Under the pieces are notes generated by a model. It saw only the letters and a list, made by a program, of their open reading frames with translations. It searched no databases and was not told the DNA's origin. Position numbers and translations under genes: made by a program. From positions 66,092,770 to 66,144,767 of the forward strand of contig NC_057718.1 in NCBI RefSeq assembly GCF_004010195.1: DNA of 51,998 nucleotides. Reading direction: 5' to 3'. This document shows positions 47,646 through 51,998 of the stretch, in pieces (within the stretch, counting starts at the first letter, position 1; each line of letters opens with the position of its first letter). Origin of the DNA: Chiloscyllium plagiosum (Eukaryota).

Positions 47646-49012
47646 GAGTCATAGAGATGTACAGCATGGAAACAGACCCTTCGGTCCAACCCATCCATGC
47701 CGACCAGATATCCCAACCCAATCTAGTCCCACCTGCCAGCATCCGGCCCATATCCCTCCAAACACTTCCTATTCATATACCCATCCAAATGCCTCTTAAA
47801 TGTTGCAATTGTACCAGGCTCCACCACATCCTCTGGCAGCTCATTCCATAAACGTACCACCCTCTGCGTGAAAAAGTTGCCCCTTAGGTCTGTTTTACAT
47901 CTTTCTCCTCTCACCCTAGATTTTTGCCCTCTAGTTCTGGACTCCCCGACCCTAGGGAAAAGACTTTGCCTATTTATCCTATCCATGCACCTCATAAATT
48001 TTGTAAACCTCTATAAGGTCACCCCTCAGCCTCTGACGCTTCAGGGAAAACAGCCCCAACCTGTTCAGCCTCTCCCTGTAGCTCAGATCCTCCAGCCCTG
48101 GCAACATCCTTGTAAATCTTTTCTGAACCCTTTCAAGTTTCACAACATCTTTTCGATAGGAAGGAGACCAGAATTGCACTCAATATTCCGACAGTGGCCT
48201 AACCAATGTCCTGTACAGCCGCAACATGACCTCCCAACTCCTGTACTCAATACTCTGACCAATAAAGGAAAGCATACCAAATGCCTTCTTCACTATCCTA
48301 TCTACCTGCGACTCTACTTTCAAGGAGCTATGAACCTGAACTCCAAGGTCTCTTTGTTCAGCAACACTCCCTAGGACCTTACCATTAAGTGTATAAGCCC
48401 TGCTAAGATTTGCTTTCCCAAAATGTACCACTTTGCATTTATCTGAATTAAACTCCTTCTGCCACTTCTCAGCCCATTGGCCCATCTGGTCCAGATCCTA
48501 TTGTAATCTGAGGTAACCCTCTTTGCTGTCCACTACACCTCCAATTTTGGTGTCATCTGCAAACTTACTAACTGTACCTCTTATCATCGCATCCTAATCA
48601 TTTATGTAAATGACAAAAAGTAGAGGGCCCAGCACCGATCCTTGTGGCACTCCACTGGTCACAGGCCTCCAGTCTGAAAAACAACCCTCCATCACCACCT
48701 TTGAGCCAGTTCTGTATCCAAATGGCTAGTTCTCCCTGTATTCCATGAGACCTAACCTTGCTAATCCCATGGGGAACCTTGTCGAATGCCTTACTGAAGT
48801 CCATTTAGATCACGTCTACTGCTCTGCCCTCATCAATCTTCTTTGTTACTTCATCAAAAAACTCAATCAAGTTTGTGAGACATGATACTGATGCAAAATA
48901 TTCATTTAGTATCTCCCCCATTTTCTGTGGCTCCACACAAAGGCCGCCTTGCTGATCTTTGAGGGGCTCTATTCTCTCCCTAGTTACCCTTTTGTCCTTA
49001 ATATATTTGTAA
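47646..49012 (-). mobile_element. HER1/CR1 LINE, 5'-truncated, internally deleted
   Basis: Highly similar to 21150-22700; MDFSKAFDKVPH; target duplication aatctta at 47639-47645 and 49013-49019. Confidence 0.92.
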
Positions 49013-49339
49013 AATCTTACATGGATTCATGAGTTTTTGAGCAAAGTAAAATGTGATTCTACAAGTACAAATTCACCCCACATGTGGGTATGTGTAGGGG
49101 GAGTGCTGTTATGAGTGTTTGTAAGAGGGTGTGTTTATGTGTGTGTGTGAGAGTGTAAAGGGGTTTAAGTCTGTGAGAGGGTGTGTGTGGGAGTGTATGT
49201 GAATGCATGAGAGAAGGTCTGCATGAGTGTGTGTGTCTGTGTGCGTCCATCTGTGTGTGTATGTATAGTGCAATGGGGTCACCTGTAGTATGACATGAAA
49301 AGGCAGTGTCTGCTGTCATTAAAACTGGGTAACTGCACA

Positions 49340-51998
49340 TGTATGACAATAGATAATAGGTGCAGGAGTAGGCCATTCTGCACCACCATTCAATATGATC
49401 ATGGCTGATCATCCTTAATCAGTATCCTGTTCCTGCCTTATCTCCATAACCCTTGATTCCACTATCCTTGAGAGCTCTATCCAACTCTTTCTTAAATGAA
49501 TCCAGAGACTGGGCCTCCAATGCCCTCTGGGGCAGAGCATTCCACACAGCCACCACTCTCTGGGTGAAGAAGTTTCTCCTCATCTCTGTCCTAAATGGTC
49601 TACCCCATATTTTTAAGCTGTGTCCTCTGGTTCGGCCCTCATCCATCAGCGGAAACATGTTTCCTGCCTCCAGAGTGTCCAATCCTTTAATAATCTTATA
49701 TGTCTCAATCAGATCCCCCCTCAGTCTTGTAAACTCAAGGGTATACAAGCCCAGTAGCTCCAGTCTTTCAGTGTAAGGTAATCCCGCCATTCCAGGAATT
49801 GACCTCGTGAACCTACGCTGCACTCCCTCAATAGTCAGAATGTCTTTCCTCAAATTTGGAGACCAGAACTGCACACAGTACACCAGGTGTGGTCTCACCA
49901 GGGCTCTGTACAGCTGCAGAAGAACCTCTTTGTTTCTATACTCAATTCCTCTTGTTATGAATGCTTCACTACCTGCTGTACCTGCATGCTTACCTTCATT
50001 GACTGGTGTACAAGAACACCCAGATCTCTCTGTACTGCCCCTTTACCTAAATTGATTCCATTGACGTAGTAATCTGCTTTTCTGTTCTTGCCGCCAAAGT
50101 GGATAACCATACATTTATCCACATTAAACTGCATCTGTCATGCATCTGCCCACTCACCTAAATTGTCCAGGTCACCCTGTAATCTCCTAACATCCTCATC
50201 ACATTTCACCCTGTCACCCAGCTTAGTATCATCAGCAAATTTGCTAATGTTATTGCTAATGCCATCTTCTATATCATTAACATATATTGTAAAAAGCTGC
50301 GGTGCCAGTACTGATCCCTGCAGTACCCCACTGGTCACTGCCTGCCATTCCGAAATGGAGCCGTTTATCACTACTCTTTGTTTCCTGTCAGCCAACCAAC
50401 TTTCCATCCAAGTTAGTACTTTGCCCCCAATACCATGCGCCCTACTTTTGCTCACTAACCTCCTATGTGGACTTTATCAAAAGCTTTCTGAAAGTCCAGG
50501 TACACTACATCTACTGGATCTCCCTCATCCATCTTCAGAGTTANNNNNNNNNNNNNNNNNNNNNNNNNNNNNNNNNNNNNNNNNNNNNNNNNNNNNNNNN
50601 NNNNNNNNNNNNNNNNNNNNNNNNNNNNNNNNNNNNNNNNNNNNNNNNNNNNNNNNNNNNNNNNNNNNNNNNNNNNNNNNNNNNNNNNNNNNNNNNNNNN
50701 NNNNGTAGGGGTATGGGTGGGTTGCGCTTCGGCGGGTCAGTGTGGACTTGTTGGTCCGAAGGGCCTGTTTCCACCTTGTAAGTAATCTAATCTTTCCCAA
50801 CACTGAGGTCAGACTAACTGGTCTATAATTTCCTGTTTTCTCTCTCCCACCTTTCTTAAAAAGTGGTACAACATTAACCACCCTCCAATCCACAGGAACT
50901 GATCCCGAATCTATCGAACTCTGGAAAATAATCACCAACGCATCCACGATTTCTCGACACATCTCCTTCAGTACCCTGGGATGTAGACCATCAGGCCCCG
51001 GGGACTTCTCAACCTTCAGACCTAACAGTCTCTCCAACACCAATTCCTGGCAAATATAAATTCCCTTCAGTTCAGGTCCTTCAGCCACTGTTACCTCAGG
51101 GAGATTGCTTGTGTCTTCCCCAGTGAACACCAATTCAATTCTGAAGTACCAATTCAATTCTTCTGCCATTTCTTTGTTCCCCATAATATATTCCCCTGTT
51201 TCTGTCTTCAAGGGGCCAATTTTAGTCTTAACCATTTTTTTGCCTTTCACATACCTAAAAAAACTTTTACTATCCTCCTTTATATTATTGTCCAGTTTAC
51301 CTTCGTACCTCATTTTTTCTCTGCGTATTTCCTTCTTAGTAATCCTCTGTTGTTCTTTAAAAGCTTCCCAGTGCTCCGTTTTCCCACTTATCTTAGCTAT
51401 GTTATACTTTTTCTCTTTTAACTTTATATGTTTCTTAACTTCCCTCGTCAGCCACGGCCACTCATGCCTCCCCCTAGGATCTTTCTTCCTTTTTGGAATG
51501 AACTGATCCTGCAACTTCTGCATTATACACAGAAATATCCACCATTGTTCCTCCACTGTCATCCCTGCTAAGGTATTGCGCCATTGAACTTTGGCCAGCT
51601 CCTCCCTCATAGCTCCATAGTTCCCTTTATTCAACAGAAATATTGTCACTTCCGATTGTACCCTCTCCCTCTCAAATTGCAAATTGAAGCTTATTGTATT
51701 ATGGTCACTACTTCCCAATGGCTCCTTCACTTCGAGGACTCTGACCAATTCTGGTTCATTGCATAATACCAGATCCAGAATTGCCTTCTCCCTGATAGGC
51801 TCTAGCACCAGCTGTTCTAAGAATCCATCTCGGAGGCACTCCACAAAGTCTCTTTCTTGAGGTCCAATAATTCTGATTTGCCCAGTCTATCTGCATGTTG
51901 AAATCCCCCATAACAACTATAGTAACATCTTTGCGACAGGCCAATTTCAGCTCCTGATTCAACTTACATCCGACATCCAGACTACTGTTTGGGGGCCT
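49340..51998 (-). mobile_element. Relatively young CR1 LINE ORF2 (continues beyond the window)
   Basis: Long open frames: VMGDFN, LGSSDHN, KSPGPDGLHPRVLKE, NYRPVSLTS, KFADDTKLG, RLRGDLIETYK; N gap at 50544-50704. Confidence 0.95.
50705..50793 (+). mobile_element. HE1-like SINE 3' end next to the gap, inserted in the CR1
   Basis: Matches 2530-2630 including the taatctaatct tail. Confidence 0.8.

Larger units (their letters stand above)
47087..49300 (-). mobile_element. PLE family B 3' fragment/pLTR split by two LINE insertions
   Basis: 47087-47219, 47341-47645 and 49013-49298 are colinear with 36535-37180. Confidence 0.85.

Noticed and set aside
50525..51844. 439-aa ORF as an intact gene
   Set aside because: CR1 ORF2 fragment that reads through a SINE tail into an N gap; length is inflated.

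Overview
Vertebrate genomic DNA, most likely a cartilaginous fish (inferred from HE1-type V-SINEs and HER1/CR1-type LINEs). Most of the window is nested, decayed retroelements: at least two CR1-group LINE lineages, one L1/Tx1-clade ORF2, two Gypsy LTR relics, tRNA-derived SINEs and at least two Penelope-like element (PLE) families. No intact recognisable host gene was found; a few unique-sequence islands carry low-confidence, splice-site-bounded exon candidates. The most notable structure is a set of about nine minimal hammerhead-ribozyme motifs (CUGANGA-stem II-GAAA, palindromic helix III) in PLE pseudo-LTRs, including two direct-repeat pairs 391 nt and about 1.64 kb apart. Other oddities: an RT-less Gypsy carrying an inverted copy of its own family's 3' end plus LTR, three tandem tRNA-Gln-like Pol III modules, and a decayed ~35-bp minisatellite. 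Two N gaps are present. Boundaries were read by eye and are approximate.
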